Origin: Gammaproteobacteria bacterium
GTDB lineage: Bacteria; Pseudomonadota; Gammaproteobacteria; JADZEE01
DNA: 64,000 nucleotides
Assembly (NCBI GenBank): GCA_050183625.1
Contig: JBFXBD010000014.1
Location: 14,545-78,544 of the forward strand
Reading direction: 5' to 3'
The translations under genes were made by a program, and so were the position numbers. Positions within the stretch are counted from its first letter, which is position 1, and each line of letters starts with the position of its first letter. The notes below the pieces were generated by a model. The model made no database searches, was not told the origin of the DNA, and was given only the letters and a program-made list of their open reading frames with translations. Shown piece by piece: positions 32,644 to 43,600 of this stretch.

Positions 32644-33653
32644 CCGACCACGTACCCGAGGTATGCCAGGTACAGCCCGCCGTTGACTGCGAGATGCCAC
32701 ACGCGCAGCCGTCCGCGTGCGAGCGCGACGTGAAGCCAGATCGCCGCCGCGAGGGTGACGACGAAACCCGCCACGACCGCCGGGTCGGGCGACCAGGGTG
32801 TCATCGCCATGCCGATGGCGGGGAGGATCGAGCCCTGGAACACCATCGCCCCGGTGATGTTGCCGAACGCGAGCGTGTCCTTGCCGCGGCGTGCCCAAAG
32901 GATGCTGTTCACCTTCTCGGGCAGCTCGGTCGCGACCGGGATGATGAGCAGCGACAGGACCAGCGCCGACATCGCGGTCTGCGTCGACAGGCGCTCGACG
33001 CCGTCGATGAACGAATGCGCGCCGAAGATGAGCAGGCCGAAGCCGATGACGAGCTGGACGAGGATGGCCGGCCAGCCGTCGGGCACGCCCAGGCGGCACA
33101 GGAAAAGATTGGTGTGGGCCTCCGTGCCGTGCCCGTCGGCGACGAGCTGCGAGGAAGCGCGCACCGTCATCATGACGTAGAAGAAGTAGATCATCACCAG
33201 CAGGATTGCCAGCGACGCGCGCAGTTCCGCGTGCGCCGGCGGAACGAACAGCGCCGCACCGGCGATGCCGAACGCCAGCAGGAAGAAATTCAGATCGCGG
33301 CGCATGCCGGTCGGTTCCGGCCGCATCTCCCCACCGGCGCCGCGCCGTCTCAGCACCGAGAAGGCCATCAGCGCCAGCGACAGCGTCGAGAGCATGAGCG
33401 GTGCACCAAGGATCGCCCCGACCCCGATGTCGTCGCTGACGGTCGAATCGTTCGAGGCGGTGAAGAACGCGAGGATCGGCACCATAGTCTCCGGCATCGC
33501 CGTGGCCACCGCCGCGAACAGCGACCCGGTCACGCCTTCGGAAATACCGAGCCCTTCGCCCAGGTGCTCGACGGCATTCGTGAACACCTCGGCAGCGACG
33601 AGGATGATGAGCAGGGACAGGGCGATTTCCGCGCCCACGGGCATTGCGTGCAT
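32640..33653 (-). CDS. sodium/calcium exchanger family (CaCA) membrane protein
   Basis: Within ORF 32640..34190; start ATG 33653 (MHAMPVGAEIALS), giving 337 aa. Two alpha-repeat-like motifs, AVATAMPET and PVATELPEK, in a duplicated multi-pass topology. Confidence 0.75.
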   Translation of the reverse strand: MHAMPVGAEIALSLLIILVAAEVFTNAVEHLGEGLGISEGVTGSLFAAVATAMPETMVPILAFFTASNDSTVSDDIGVGAILGAPLMLSTLSLALMAFSVLRRRGAGGEMRPEPTGMRRDLNFFLLAFGIAGAALFVPPAHAELRASLAILLVMIYFFYVMMTVRASSQLVADGHGTEAHTNLFLCRLGVPDGWPAILVQLVIGFGLLIFGAHSFIDGVERLSTQTAMSALVLSLLIIPVATELPEKVNSILWARRGKDTLAFGNITGAMVFQGSILPAIGMAMTPWSPDPAVVAGFVVTLAAAIWLHVALARGRLRVWHLAVNGGLYLAYLGYVVG

Positions 33654-33688
33654 GTTCGCCTCGCCTGGAGAGGGCCGGCCCTCGGGGT

Positions 33689-34324
33689 TCAGAACAACCA
33701 GGGCGCGCCCTGGCGCCGGCGTGCCTCGTAGGCGCGGATCTCGTCCGCCGCCTGCAGCGTGATGCCGATGTCGTCCAGGCCCTGCAGCAGGCGCTGGCGC
33801 ACGCCCTCCGGGAAGTCGAAACCGTGGCGGGTGCCGTCCGGCCGGACGACGATCTTCTCGCGCAGATCGATCGTCAGGCGGTAGCCCGGTGTCGCGAACA
33901 CCTCCGTGAACAGGGACTCGACGACGTCGGCCGGCAACGTCACCGCGACCATGCCGTTGTTGCAGGCGTTGGAGAAGAAGATGTCGGCGAAGCGCGGCGC
34001 GATGACCGCACGAATGCCGTAGTCGAGAAGCGCCCAGGCCGCATGTTCGCGCGAGGAGCCGCAGCCGAAGTTGTCGCGCGCGAGCAGGAGCCCGGCGCCG
34101 CGGTAACGCGGCTGGTTGAGCACGAAGTCCGCGTTCCGCGGCCGCGCGGCGCAGTCCATGCCGGGTTCGCCGCGATCGAGATAGCGCCACTCGTCGAACA
34201 GGAACGGACCGTACCCGGTGCGCTTGATCGACTTCAGGAACTGCTTGGGGATGATCTGGTCGGTATCGACGTTGGCGCGGTCGAGCGGAACGACCAGCGC
34301 CTCGTATCTCGTGAATGGTTCCAT
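33689..34324 (-). CDS. leuD: 3-isopropylmalate dehydratase small subunit
   Basis: [31 protein letters not shown] ... GCGSSREHA. Confidence 0.95.
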   Translation of the reverse strand: MEPFTRYEALVVPLDRANVDTDQIIPKQFLKSIKRTGYGPFLFDEWRYLDRGEPGMDCAARPRNADFVLNQPRYRGAGLLLARDNFGCGSSREHAAWALLDYGIRAVIAPRFADIFFSNACNNGMVAVTLPADVVESLFTEVFATPGYRLTIDLREKIVVRPDGTRHGFDFPEGVRQRLLQGLDDIGITLQAADEIRAYEARRRQGAPWLF

Positions 34325-34414
34325 GACTCGTGCGGCTCGCTTTCTTGCGGTGGATTCAGGCGCCGCGCCGCCGCCCGGGGCCGTCCCCGACCCGGAAGGG
34401 GCGCCCGCCCGGGC

Positions 34415-35818
34415 TCATGCGAACGTGCGGACGTCGACGAAATGACCGGCGATGCCGGCGGCGGCGGCCATCGCCGGGCCGACCAGATGGGTGCGCCCGC
34501 CGCGGCCCTGGCGACCCTCGAAGTTGCGGTTGGACGTGGACGCGCAGCGCTCGCCCGGTTCGAGCTGATCCGGGTTCATGCCCAGGCACATCGAGCATCC
34601 CGGCTCGCGCCATTCGAAACCGGCGTCGCGGAAGATGCGGTCCAGCCCCTCGCGCTCGGCCTGCTGCTTGACCAGTCCCGAGCCCGGCACGACGAGCACG
34701 CGCTTGACGCTGGCGGCACGGTGCCGGCCGCGCGCGATCGCGGCGGCGGCGCGCAGATCCTCGATGCGCGCGTTCGTGCACGAGCCGATGAAGACCTTGT
34801 CCACCGGAATGCTCGCGATTGGCGTTCCAGGCTGGAGATCCATGTAGGCCAGGGCGCGCCGGTAGCCCTCGCGGCGGATGGGATCGTCGACCTGCTCCGG
34901 ATCGGGCACCCGGCCGTCCACCGGGGCGACCATCTCCGGGGACGTACCCCAGGACACATGCGGCGCGATCGCGGCAGCATCGATCTCGACCGTGGCATCG
35001 AAGCGGGCGTCGGGATCGGACTTCAGCTCGCGCCACGCGGCGGCGGCGCGATCCCAGGCGTCGCCGGCCGGCGCGTGCGGGCGGCCGCGCACGTATTCGA
35101 GCGTGGTGTCGTCCACGGCGATGAGGCCGCTGCGCGCACCGGCCTCGATGGCCATGTTGCACACCGTCATCCGGGCCTCCATGGACAGGGCGCGGATCGC
35201 CTCGCCGGAGAACTCGATGGTGTGGCCGGTGGCGCCGGCGGTGCCGATTCGGCCGATGACGGCGAGGATCAGATCCTTGGCGGTGACGCCGGGCCCGAGG
35301 CGATTGCGCAGTTCGATGCGCATGTTCCTGGCCTTGCGCAGCATCAGGCACTGCGTCGCCAGGACGTGCTCGACGTCCGACGTGCCGATCCCGAACGCGA
35401 GCGCGGCGAGCGCGCCGTTGGTGGAGGTATGCGAGTCGCCGCAGACGATCGTCATGCCGGGCTTGGACAGGCCGAGCTCGGGACCGACGACGTGGACGAT
35501 CCCCTGGCGCGGATCGCCGACGTTGAAATGGCGGATGCCGTGCTCCTTGCAGTTGCGGGCCAGGGTTTCGAGCTGCTCGCGCGCGATCGGATCGCGGACG
35601 TTGAAGACGTCTTCGGTGGGAACGTTGTGATCCGAGACCGCGACCGTTGCGTCCGGGCGCCAGACCGGACGTTGCGCGAGCATCAGGCCCTCGAAAGCCT
35701 GCGGCGTGGTGACTTCGTGGATGAGGTGCAGATCGATGTAGATGAGCGTGCCGCCATCGGGCAGCTCGCGCACCACGTGCGCGTCCCAGAGCTTGTCGTA
35801 CAGGGTGCGGCCCGGCAT
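34415..35818 (-). CDS. leuC: 3-isopropylmalate dehydratase large subunit
   Basis: [49 protein letters not shown] aconitase-family motifs. Confidence 0.95.
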   Translation of the reverse strand: MPGRTLYDKLWDAHVVRELPDGGTLIYIDLHLIHEVTTPQAFEGLMLAQRPVWRPDATVAVSDHNVPTEDVFNVRDPIAREQLETLARNCKEHGIRHFNVGDPRQGIVHVVGPELGLSKPGMTIVCGDSHTSTNGALAALAFGIGTSDVEHVLATQCLMLRKARNMRIELRNRLGPGVTAKDLILAVIGRIGTAGATGHTIEFSGEAIRALSMEARMTVCNMAIEAGARSGLIAVDDTTLEYVRGRPHAPAGDAWDRAAAAWRELKSDPDARFDATVEIDAAAIAPHVSWGTSPEMVAPVDGRVPDPEQVDDPIRREGYRRALAYMDLQPGTPIASIPVDKVFIGSCTNARIEDLRAAAAIARGRHRAASVKRVLVVPGSGLVKQQAEREGLDRIFRDAGFEWREPGCSMCLGMNPDQLEPGERCASTSNRNFEGRQGRGGRTHLVGPAMAAAAGIAGHFVDVRTFA

Positions 35819-35852
35819 ACGGCGTTCACCACGAATTCAGGGAAAGAGCGGC

Positions 35853-35858
35853 ATTATA
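35853..35858 (-). promoter_or_regulatory. candidate -10 box (TATAAT) for leuC
   Basis: ATTATA on the plus strand equals a perfect TATAAT on the minus strand, ~35 nt upstream of the leuC ATG (35818). No good -35 element seen. Confidence 0.3.
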
Positions 35859-35935
35859 GCGCCGCGCGCAACGGAACGTTTCGCGGCGCCGGTGCATGCG
35901 CTAGCATGGCGCGCCCGCCACAGGAGGATGAACGC

Positions 35936-36445
35936 ATGTTCCGCAGGATCCTGCCCGCCGTACTGGCTACCGCCCTGCTCGCGATCGCGGCGCCCAGCCG
36001 GGCCGATTTCAACGACGGCGCGGTCGCCTATTCGATGGGCGACTACGAACGTGCACTGCAGACGCTGCGGCCACTGGCGGAAACCGCCAATCATGCGTAC
36101 GCGCAGTACTACCTGGGCGTGATGTACATGAACGGCCAGGGCGTGCCGCAGGACTTCAAGCAGGCGGCGAAATGGTTGCGCTCGGCGGCCGAGAAGGGCG
36201 TGTCGTCGGCGCAGAGCAAGCTGGCCCAGCTCTACATCGACGGGCGCGGCGTCCCCAGGGACATGGAATTCGCCTTCGCCTGGCTCAGCACCTCGGTCAA
36301 GCTCGGCAATGCCCGGGCCGCGGCCATGCTCGAACAGGCGCGCGCGAAAATGAGCGCCGGCGAGCTCGCCCAGGCCGAGAAACTCGCCGCGGAATACGTC
36401 GCCCGCTACGGCACCGTGCCGAAGGAAACCAGCCGGGCGCAGTGA
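35936..36445 (+). CDS. Sel1-repeat (TPR-like) exported protein
   Basis: Last 169 aa of listed ORF 33644..36445. AGGAGGA RBS at 35922-35928. Signal peptide MFRRILPAVLATALLAIAAPSRA. Sel1 repeats YYLGVMYMNGQGVPQDFKQAAKWLRSAAEKG and KLAQLYIDGRGVPRDMEFAFAWL. Confidence 0.85.
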   Translation: MFRRILPAVLATALLAIAAPSRADFNDGAVAYSMGDYERALQTLRPLAETANHAYAQYYLGVMYMNGQGVPQDFKQAAKWLRSAAEKGVSSAQSKLAQLYIDGRGVPRDMEFAFAWLSTSVKLGNARAAAMLEQARAKMSAGELAQAEKLAAEYVARYGTVPKETSRAQ

Positions 36446-36609
36446 ACCGGACTCAGACAGCCACGTCCACGTAGCGCCCCGGCCGGCGCGGGTCGTCCGC
36501 GCCGCTCATGCGCAGGATCAACGCGGCGAGCAGCGCGGCCGGACCGGAACGGCCGGCATGGGTACCGGCCGGCAGCCCGTCCGCATCTTCGACCGCCCGC
36601 CGGCGGCGC

Positions 36610-36635
36610 GGCGTATCCACCCGGGTGGATACGCC
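36610..36635. repeat. perfect 26-bp palindrome in a 484-bp non-coding convergent spacer
   Basis: GGCGTATCCACCC|GGGTGGATACGCC. Other hairpins lie nearby: 36485-36503, ~36551-36572 and ~36672-36688. Confidence 0.8.
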
Positions 36636-36860
36636 GGGCAGGGCCGGTCCGCCGTTCGGAATCGCCGGGCCCGATCGGGGCCGGCCCGACGGGCCGGGGG
36701 CCAGAGGGTTGAAGACGCGCATTTTTCCCGGGGCCCAGGCCGTTCGTGAGGGTTTCGGCGGCAGGACTGCGGCTGCCGCGCGGATGCGGGCGCCAGCGTA
36801 CCGGCAATGCCCGCGGGCGAATGCCTCGGGCTGCCGCTTGCGGCGACTTGTGACAATTCT

Positions 36861-36878
36861 TTGCCGGCGGGCCGGCAA
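36861..36878 (-). terminator. possible stem-loop terminator downstream of the SapC-family gene
   Basis: TTGCCGGC GG GCCGGCAA hairpin ~50 nt after the SapC stop on the minus strand. No clear U-tract, so this call is weak. Confidence 0.25.
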
Positions 36879-36929
36879 AGTCCAGGCGCCGGGCGGCAGG
36901 GCCTGACCGGCATCAAGCCCCGTGAGGGA

Positions 36930-37661
36930 TCAACCGAGCTTCTGCATCAGGCCGGAGAGGTTGGACAGCGACAGCAGGTGGGCGTAGACGAGATCCATGA
37001 ACCCGCGCCCGACGAGATCCTGCAATCGCTCGCCCGGCAGCGATTTCAGGCGGTCCCGGCTTACGCAGGAGAACCCGGCGAGCGAGAACTTCTCGCCGGT
37101 CTTCATCTCCACGTTCGCCTGCACCGGCTCGAGCAGCGCCAGTTCGACCAGCAGCCGGCAGAACTCGGTCGTGACCTGCGTCTGGCGCTGATAGTCCTTG
37201 AGGAACTCGACCGACCGCGCCAGCAGCGCTCCGTGGCTGCCGTCGTCGTTGATCAGCCGCTCGCCTTCCTTGACGGTATTGAACCCGGCGTAGCTCTCGT
37301 CGATGCAGACCGTGAAATTGGCTCCGGTGGAATCCGCGGCGAGGATGAACGGATAGCGCCGGACATAGGCCGGCACGTAGCTGCCCTTCCAGGTCCCGTC
37401 GGCGGCGAGGAACAGGTTCTGCTCGGGCTTCAGGCCCAGCAGCACCACCGGTACCACTGCATCGCCACCCGCGGCCGCGAATACGATGGCGTACTCGCGT
37501 GCGGCCACCGGGAACTCGATGCCCGCCACGTAGACGCAGTTGGTCCTGGCCGCGAATCGAAAGCCCGGATCCGGGTCCACGTACCAGGCGCCATGCCGCT
37601 CGCGCGACAGTGGCACGACCTTGCGGTAGAACAACGGCAACTGCGGCTGCGGCTCGGCCAT
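36930..37661 (-). CDS. SapC family protein
   Basis: 243 aa. LPLFYRKVVPLSRERHGAWYV, NCVYVAGIEFPVAAREYAIVFA, YVPAYVRRYPFIL match my recollection of the SapC (PF07277) family. The ATG lies 13 nt after the TpsA stop, and a GGAG RBS sits inside that gap. Confidence 0.75.
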   Translation of the reverse strand: MAEPQPQLPLFYRKVVPLSRERHGAWYVDPDPGFRFAARTNCVYVAGIEFPVAAREYAIVFAAAGGDAVVPVVLLGLKPEQNLFLAADGTWKGSYVPAYVRRYPFILAADSTGANFTVCIDESYAGFNTVKEGERLINDDGSHGALLARSVEFLKDYQRQTQVTTEFCRLLVELALLEPVQANVEMKTGEKFSLAGFSCVSRDRLKSLPGERLQDLVGRGFMDLVYAHLLSLSNLSGLMQKLG

Positions 37662-37674
37662 CGGAACTCCAGGG

Positions 37675-40600
37675 TCAGTAGCTGCGCAGCGCGCGCGGCA
37701 TCGTCAAATCGCCGGTGAACACCACCGGGCGCATGGCACCGGCGTCGAACCAGGGCCACGCATTGACGTCGGCCGACGGCACCGGAACCATCGGAGTCGC
37801 ATCGGCATCGTCGAACTCGCCGCCGGAGCCCTGCTTCGGCGCGGGTGCCGGAGCCGGCGCGGGCGCCTCCGGAGCCGTCGCACCGGGCTCGGGCTGCGCG
37901 CCCGCGGGCGGGTTGCCCTCCTCCGGCACGTCCCCCGGCGGGCTGCCGCCATCGTCGAATTCCCCACCCGGGGCGGCATCGTCCGAGCCGCCGGAACCGT
38001 CGTCGAACTCGCCGCCACCCTCGTCGAACTCGCCCGCGCCCTCGCGTTCGCTGAACGCGGCAAGCTGCTGGCGCAGGGCCTCGAATCGTGCAATCTGCTC
38101 CCGGAAGCCGGCGATGAGCTTCTCGACCCGCTCCGGATCCTCCTTGCCGGCGGCACGACGCTGCTCGAGCTCGGCGATGTTCGCCTGGATCTTCTCGACC
38201 AGCGGCCCGATTTCGTCCTCCGTGATCGCCGGGCCGCAGCCCTCGAGCTCTTCGCACTGTTCCGGCGGCATGCCGATGGCGAAGCCGATCTGGCCGATGA
38301 GTTCCAGCTCCTGTTCGAACACGCTGATGTCGATGAAGCCTAGCTGCGCCAGCGCCTCCAGGCCGGTGCTGATCAGGCCGAGGAAACCCTGGACCTGCCG
38401 CAGGTTGGAGAACACTTCCGCGCCCAGCAGGTTGCGCAGCGACTGCACCAGGGCGAGATCGTCGCTGTTGAAGGCGGTCGCGTTCGCGCTCGAGGAGGCC
38501 TCGAAGCGCGGCTGCTCCGCGGTGGAGGAGGCCGCGATGTGCGCCTCGCCTCCGCTCAGGTCCAGGCGGATATTGCTGCTGTTGGCGATTTCGTTGTTGG
38601 CGATGATGGTCGCGAAACCGGCTTCGAGCACGGCCACGCCGGCCGCCGGCCCGGTGATGTCGCCGGGGCCGTCGGCCACTGCCTGGCCATTGGCATCCTG
38701 GCGCACCCCGACCGCGATCAGCGTCAGTGCATCGCCGCGCGCGCCGCCCGCGCTGAGGCTGGCATTGAGGTCGATGTTCGCCGCCAGCAGCGTCAGCGGC
38801 CCACCCGAGCGCAAGCCATCGTTGACGGTGATGCGGCTGGCGGTCAGCGCGGTGACGTTCTGTTCCTCGGCCGGCGACTCCATCGGCTTTTCCAGCGCAC
38901 CGCCGATGATGAGGTGGCCGGTGAAGCCGTTCCAGATATTGCCGGGGATGCGGCTCGCCAGGTCACCGGCGTTGGCAATGGTGAGCGTCGCGCCAGCGGC
39001 CGGCACGATGGCCAGGTTGCCACTGCCCAGCATCACCGCCGGGAATACGATGGTGCTGTTGCTGGAGCGCAGGATGACGTCGCCCGAGACGTTGACCGCG
39101 GTTGCGTTGAACGCCAGCGTCGCGGCCGAGATGTCGTTCGACAGGGCGACCGCGCCGGCGGTGAAGCTCAGGCCCGCGTTCGGCTGGTCCGTCATCGGGC
39201 CATTGATGGCGATGTTGCCCGCCCCGGCGTTGAACGCCACCGCGCCGGTACGCGTGATGGTCGCGCCCGGTGCGCCAAGCACGAGATTTCCGCCGCCGGT
39301 CGTAACCGCATTCAGGCCGGCGCCGGCAAGAATGTTGAGGACCGGTGCGATCAGGTTCGTCGCCCCGCCGGCGCCGGAAATCGCGCCGTTGAGGTTGATG
39401 GTGCCGGCGTTGACGTTGAAATTGCCTCCGTCGTAGCTCACCGCCTGGTTGATTGCGACCGCCGCCCCGCCGGCGTCGATGTTGGCATTGCCACCACCGC
39501 CGGCGGTGTTGATCCCGCCATTCAGGGTGATGCCGCCCGGACCGGACAGTGCAATCGAGCCGCCGGCGGTCGTCAACGTCCCGGCGGTGGTGGTGATCGC
39601 ACCGCTGGAGATCACGTTGAGGTTATTGGCGCCGGTGTTCACGCTCGAAGCGATGCTGGTCGCGCCGCCGCGGATCGTCAGGATCCAGGGCAGGACGGCC
39701 GGGGCCGGAGCGCCGATATTGACGTTGACCGCGCCGCCATCGGCCCGGCCGATCACCAGGGAGCCGATGCCGCCGATCGCGGCGAGATCGTTGTTGCCGA
39801 CCGTGAACTGGCCGGCACCGGAGCCGATGCCGACGGTCGCGCCGGCCGCCGCCGGCTGCAGCGTCAGCACGCCGGTTCCGGCGTAGGTCACCCCTGCACC
39901 GAAGGTGACGTCCACCGCCGATATCGTGCGGCCCGCGCCGCCGTTGGCGACGTTGCCATTGAAGGTGACCGTGCCGCCGGTGCTCGTCAGGTCGCCGAAC
40001 AGGTTCTGGATGGTGCCGCCGTAGGTCTGGTCGCCCGAGGTCGTCACGGTACCGAACTGCATCGCCGCACCGTTCAGCGTCAGCGTCGTCAGCGGCGCCG
40101 TGTTGCCGACGTTGCCCAGCACGATCTGGCCGGCGCCGCCGTTGGCGGTCGCGGTCAGGCTGAACGCACCGTTGACGTTCTCCAGCGGGGCGAGAATGGC
40201 ACCCGCGCTGGTCAGCGTACGGTTGCCGGTAAGCGTGATTGCGTCGCCGTCGGCGAGGCCGGCCAGGCCGATGTTGCCGACACCGGTCGTGACGTCGCCG
40301 TTCAGCAGCAGGGCGCCGCCGCCGATGACGTTTACCGTGCCGACGTTGACCGTCTCGATCTGGATGGTGCCGGTTCCCGCGTTCAGCGCCAGCGTGCTGC
40401 CGGCACCCTGCACGGTGGTATTCGTCCCGCCGTTGGCACCCAGGTTCAATGTTGCGCCGGTTGCCGAGGAATCGAAGGTGACTGCGCCGGTGAGATTCAC
40501 CGTGGCCGCATTGCTCAGATCCAGTCCGCCGGTCGCCACGGTTCCGGTCGGTGTCGCGCCGTCGTTGGTCAGGCCGTTGATGGCAATGACGTTGTTGTCG

Positions 40601-43600
40601 AAATTGAGAGGGATGCCGGCGGCGGTCGACAGGCCACCGACGTTGGCATTGATGCCGGCGGCGAAGTTCACCGCCGTTGCACCGTCGATGGTCAACTGGC
40701 CGAGCGGGCCGCCGATGATGGGTATCGCACCCGTACCGAGGCTGCCCAGGAAGTCAATCGCGCCGGTCGCGCTCAGGCGCACGCCGTTGAACTCGTTGAT
40801 GGCGCTGGACAGCGTGCGCTGGAACTCGATCCTGCCGCCGGTGGAGGTGATCTGTACGCCTGCGGCCACCGGCGCGGTCGGATCGACGATCACGTCGTTG
40901 TTGAAGATGAGATCGCCGTTGACGGTGATCGCGTTGGTCACCACCTGCGCGGTGCCGGTCAGCGTCAGGCTCGGTCCCGGCAGGATGGCGGACGGACCAT
41001 TCACCGAGCCGCTCAGGCGGATGATCCCCAGCGGCGTCTGCAGTTCGAGCGGGTCGTGAACGCTGATCGCGCTGAGATCGGCGTCGATCAGGTGCGAACC
41101 GGTCACCGGTGTGCCGATGATGATCTTGAGGAACCCGTCCTTGATGGCGGCGAAATCGGTCGGCGAGATGTCCACCGTGCAGGTGCCGAGGCAGGCACTT
41201 GCCGGGCTGCCCAGGCCGATGCTCGCGCCCACGGACAGGGAGCGCAGCGTGATGGTGCTCGCGCCGGGCCCCGGCGCGACCGCGGTCGACCGGACCGAGT
41301 CGACACCACTGGTGATGGCGATGTCGCCATCGGCGGCGACCTCGATGTTCTGCCCGTCGACGACCTGGATGCCGGTGACGGTACCGATGTCGTCGGTGAC
41401 CGAGCCGATCGTGACGCCCGACTGATCGAACACCTGGAGCGAGCCGCCGGCCATGTCGGCCGCGATCGTCGTGAAGTCGTTGTTGACGTCGGCGAGGACG
41501 ACGTTGGCGCCGGCGCGGATGAGCAGGCCGCCGACGATCTGCACCGAACCGGTCTGGGTGATGCCCTGCGCGGTGTTCAGGCTGAGCACGCTGGACGCGA
41601 ACTGTGGCGGCGCGGCGATGGTGCCGAGCGTGATCGCGCCCGAATCCGCCTTGCCCAGGCGCACGTTCTGGGCCCGGATCGAATCCGCCTTGGCGATGTT
41701 CAACGCGCCCGCGCCGCCGGACAGGCCGATGGTCACGGCCGCCGAAGTGGGCTCGATGCGTACGCGAGTTGCTGCGCCGGAGCCGATGCCCGAGCCGCCG
41801 ATCTGCGCGGAGGCGACGACGGTGCCGGAATCCCCCGTGAGATCGATGTTGCCGGTGGACAGCACCGCGGAATTCGCCTGCAGATCGATCGCGCCCGTGC
41901 CGGCGTTCAGGGTGACGGTCTGGGCATTGCCATTGACGACGTTGCCGGTCAACACCGTGATGCCGGTGGCGTTGGCGGTAAATGCGCCGGTGGACACCGA
42001 GCTCAGCAGGTTCAGGGCCCCGGCACCGCGCAGGCTCACGCGTCCGCCGGCCGTGGTCGTCGTACCGACCTGCGCGCCCGCGGCGAAATCCAGCGCGTCC
42101 GCACCGACACCTGCCGCGCCCTCGATGTTGCCGGCGGCGGTCAGGAGGATGGAGGTTCCGGCAGTGATGTCGGCCAGGTTGTCGTTTGCGTCGTCGACGA
42201 TCGTGCCGGTCGTGGCCGTGAGCGTCGCGCTGCCGGCGGCGGTCACCGTGCCGACGACGATGTTGCCGGCGTCGCTGGTAACGGCGAGGTTACCGGCGCC
42301 GTTCTGCACCAGGCTGGTCAGGGTCAGGCCGTCCGTCTCGCGCAGCAGCAGCGGGCCGTTGTTGGCGGTCGCGGTGATGCTGGCGACCGTGGTGCGCAGG
42401 GGGAGCCCGCCGATGCCGAGCCCGGCGGTCAACTGCGCGTCGGTGGCCGTAATGCCGGCGCCGCCGCCTTCGGAAATGGCGCCGGTCGTGGCATTGAGCG
42501 TGACGACGTCCGGTGCCGACACGGCGACCACGGTGATGTCGCCCGCGGCGGCGTTCACGACGACGTCGTTGCCGGCGCCCGCGGCGTTCAGCGAGGTCAG
42601 CACGATGCCGTTCTGCTCGGCGACGAAGATGCCGCCCGCGCCCGCATTCGCGGTCAGTGTGGTGAGCGAGGTTCCGATCGGGTTGGCGAGCGTGCCGACG
42701 GCGTTGGCGGCCGTCAGGATGGCGTTGGACGCCGTGATGAAGGTCGCGCCGTTGCCGTCGTCGACGATGCCGCCGCCGGTCGCGTTCAGCGCCACCGCGT
42801 TCGGCGCGTTCACGGTGCCGACGGTGATGTTGCCGGTCGCCGCCGACACGGAGATGTCGTTGCCGGCACCCGCAGCCGTCACCGTGCCGATGACCAGCGC
42901 GTTCGCCTCATTCACGAACACGCCGCCGGCGGCGGCCGAGGCATTCAACGTGCCGACGTCTGTGTCGATGTCGTTGACCGCCAGGCCGATGCCGCCATTG
43001 GCAACCAGGTTGGCGCTCTGCGCCGTGATGCCCGTGCCGTTGTTGCCGTCGTCCAGGATCGAGCCGAACGCGTTCAACGTCAGGTTGCCGTTCGCGAGCG
43101 TGATGCTGTCGACGATGATCCCGTCCTGCTCCTGGAACTGGGCGTCGCCGGCGCCGGTGACGGCAGCGGTGATGCGAAGCACCTGGATTTCCAGCGCGTC
43201 GGCCGCGCCGATACCGGAGCTGGCGCCCAGCATTGCACCGCCGATCAGCGCGGAGATATTGGAAACCGCGCCGTTGCCGTCGATGATCGCGCCCGAAGTG
43301 CTGGTGATGCTCACCGCCGCATTCACGCCGCTGGTGCTCACCAGGCGCCCGAGCGTCACGCTGCCGTCGGAGAGCAGGGTAATGGTGCCAACGCCGGCGT
43401 CGAACAGCGACACGCCCATCGTGACGGCGCCGCCGTTGTTTCCGGCGGCGTTGTCCGCGGTGACGGAGATGTCCCCACCGCCGCTCGTGACCACGGCTGC
43501 GGCACCGAACTGCGCATGGCGATTGGCCGTGATGGTCACCGCGCCGGTCGCGGAGATCTGGTCGTTGACGACGATGTCGGTGGCCGCGCCCGCGGCCGCC

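Noticed and set aside
30751-34190. Extended N-termini given by the track for kup (782 aa) and the CaCA exchanger (516 aa).
   Set aside because: The extra N-terminal portions are Arg/Pro-rich, overlap the upstream genes, and precede internal Met codons after which the canonical family sequence begins (MSGEG...GDIGTSPLYA; MHAMPVGAEIAL...).
33644-35935. The upstream 764 codons of the listed 933-aa ORF 33644..36445 (+).
   Set aside because: This part lies antisense to leuD and leuC, which have unambiguous signatures. Only the last 169 codons, preceded by AGGAGGA and starting with a signal peptide, encode the Sel1-repeat protein.
36406-36916. Several 100-140-aa ORFs on both strands in the Sel1/SapC convergent spacer.
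   Set aside because: All are mutually overlapping, Arg/Pro/Gly/Ala-rich and lack RBSs. They coincide with dense palindromes, so I treat the region as non-coding.
37820-38034. GGEFDD motifs in the TpsA tail resembling the GGDEF/GGEEF diguanylate cyclase signature.
   Set aside because: The motif occurs four times within low-complexity acidic/Gly-rich sequence, with none of the surrounding GGDEF-domain structure. The resemblance is coincidental.
37675-38510. Classifying the locus as a contact-dependent inhibition (CdiBAI) system.
   Set aside because: I saw no VENN or similar pretoxin motif, no recognisable nuclease or pore-forming C-terminal domain, and no small immunity ORF downstream. The following gene is a 243-aa SapC-family protein. 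This conclusion rests on reading by eye and should be confirmed with toxin-CT HMMs.
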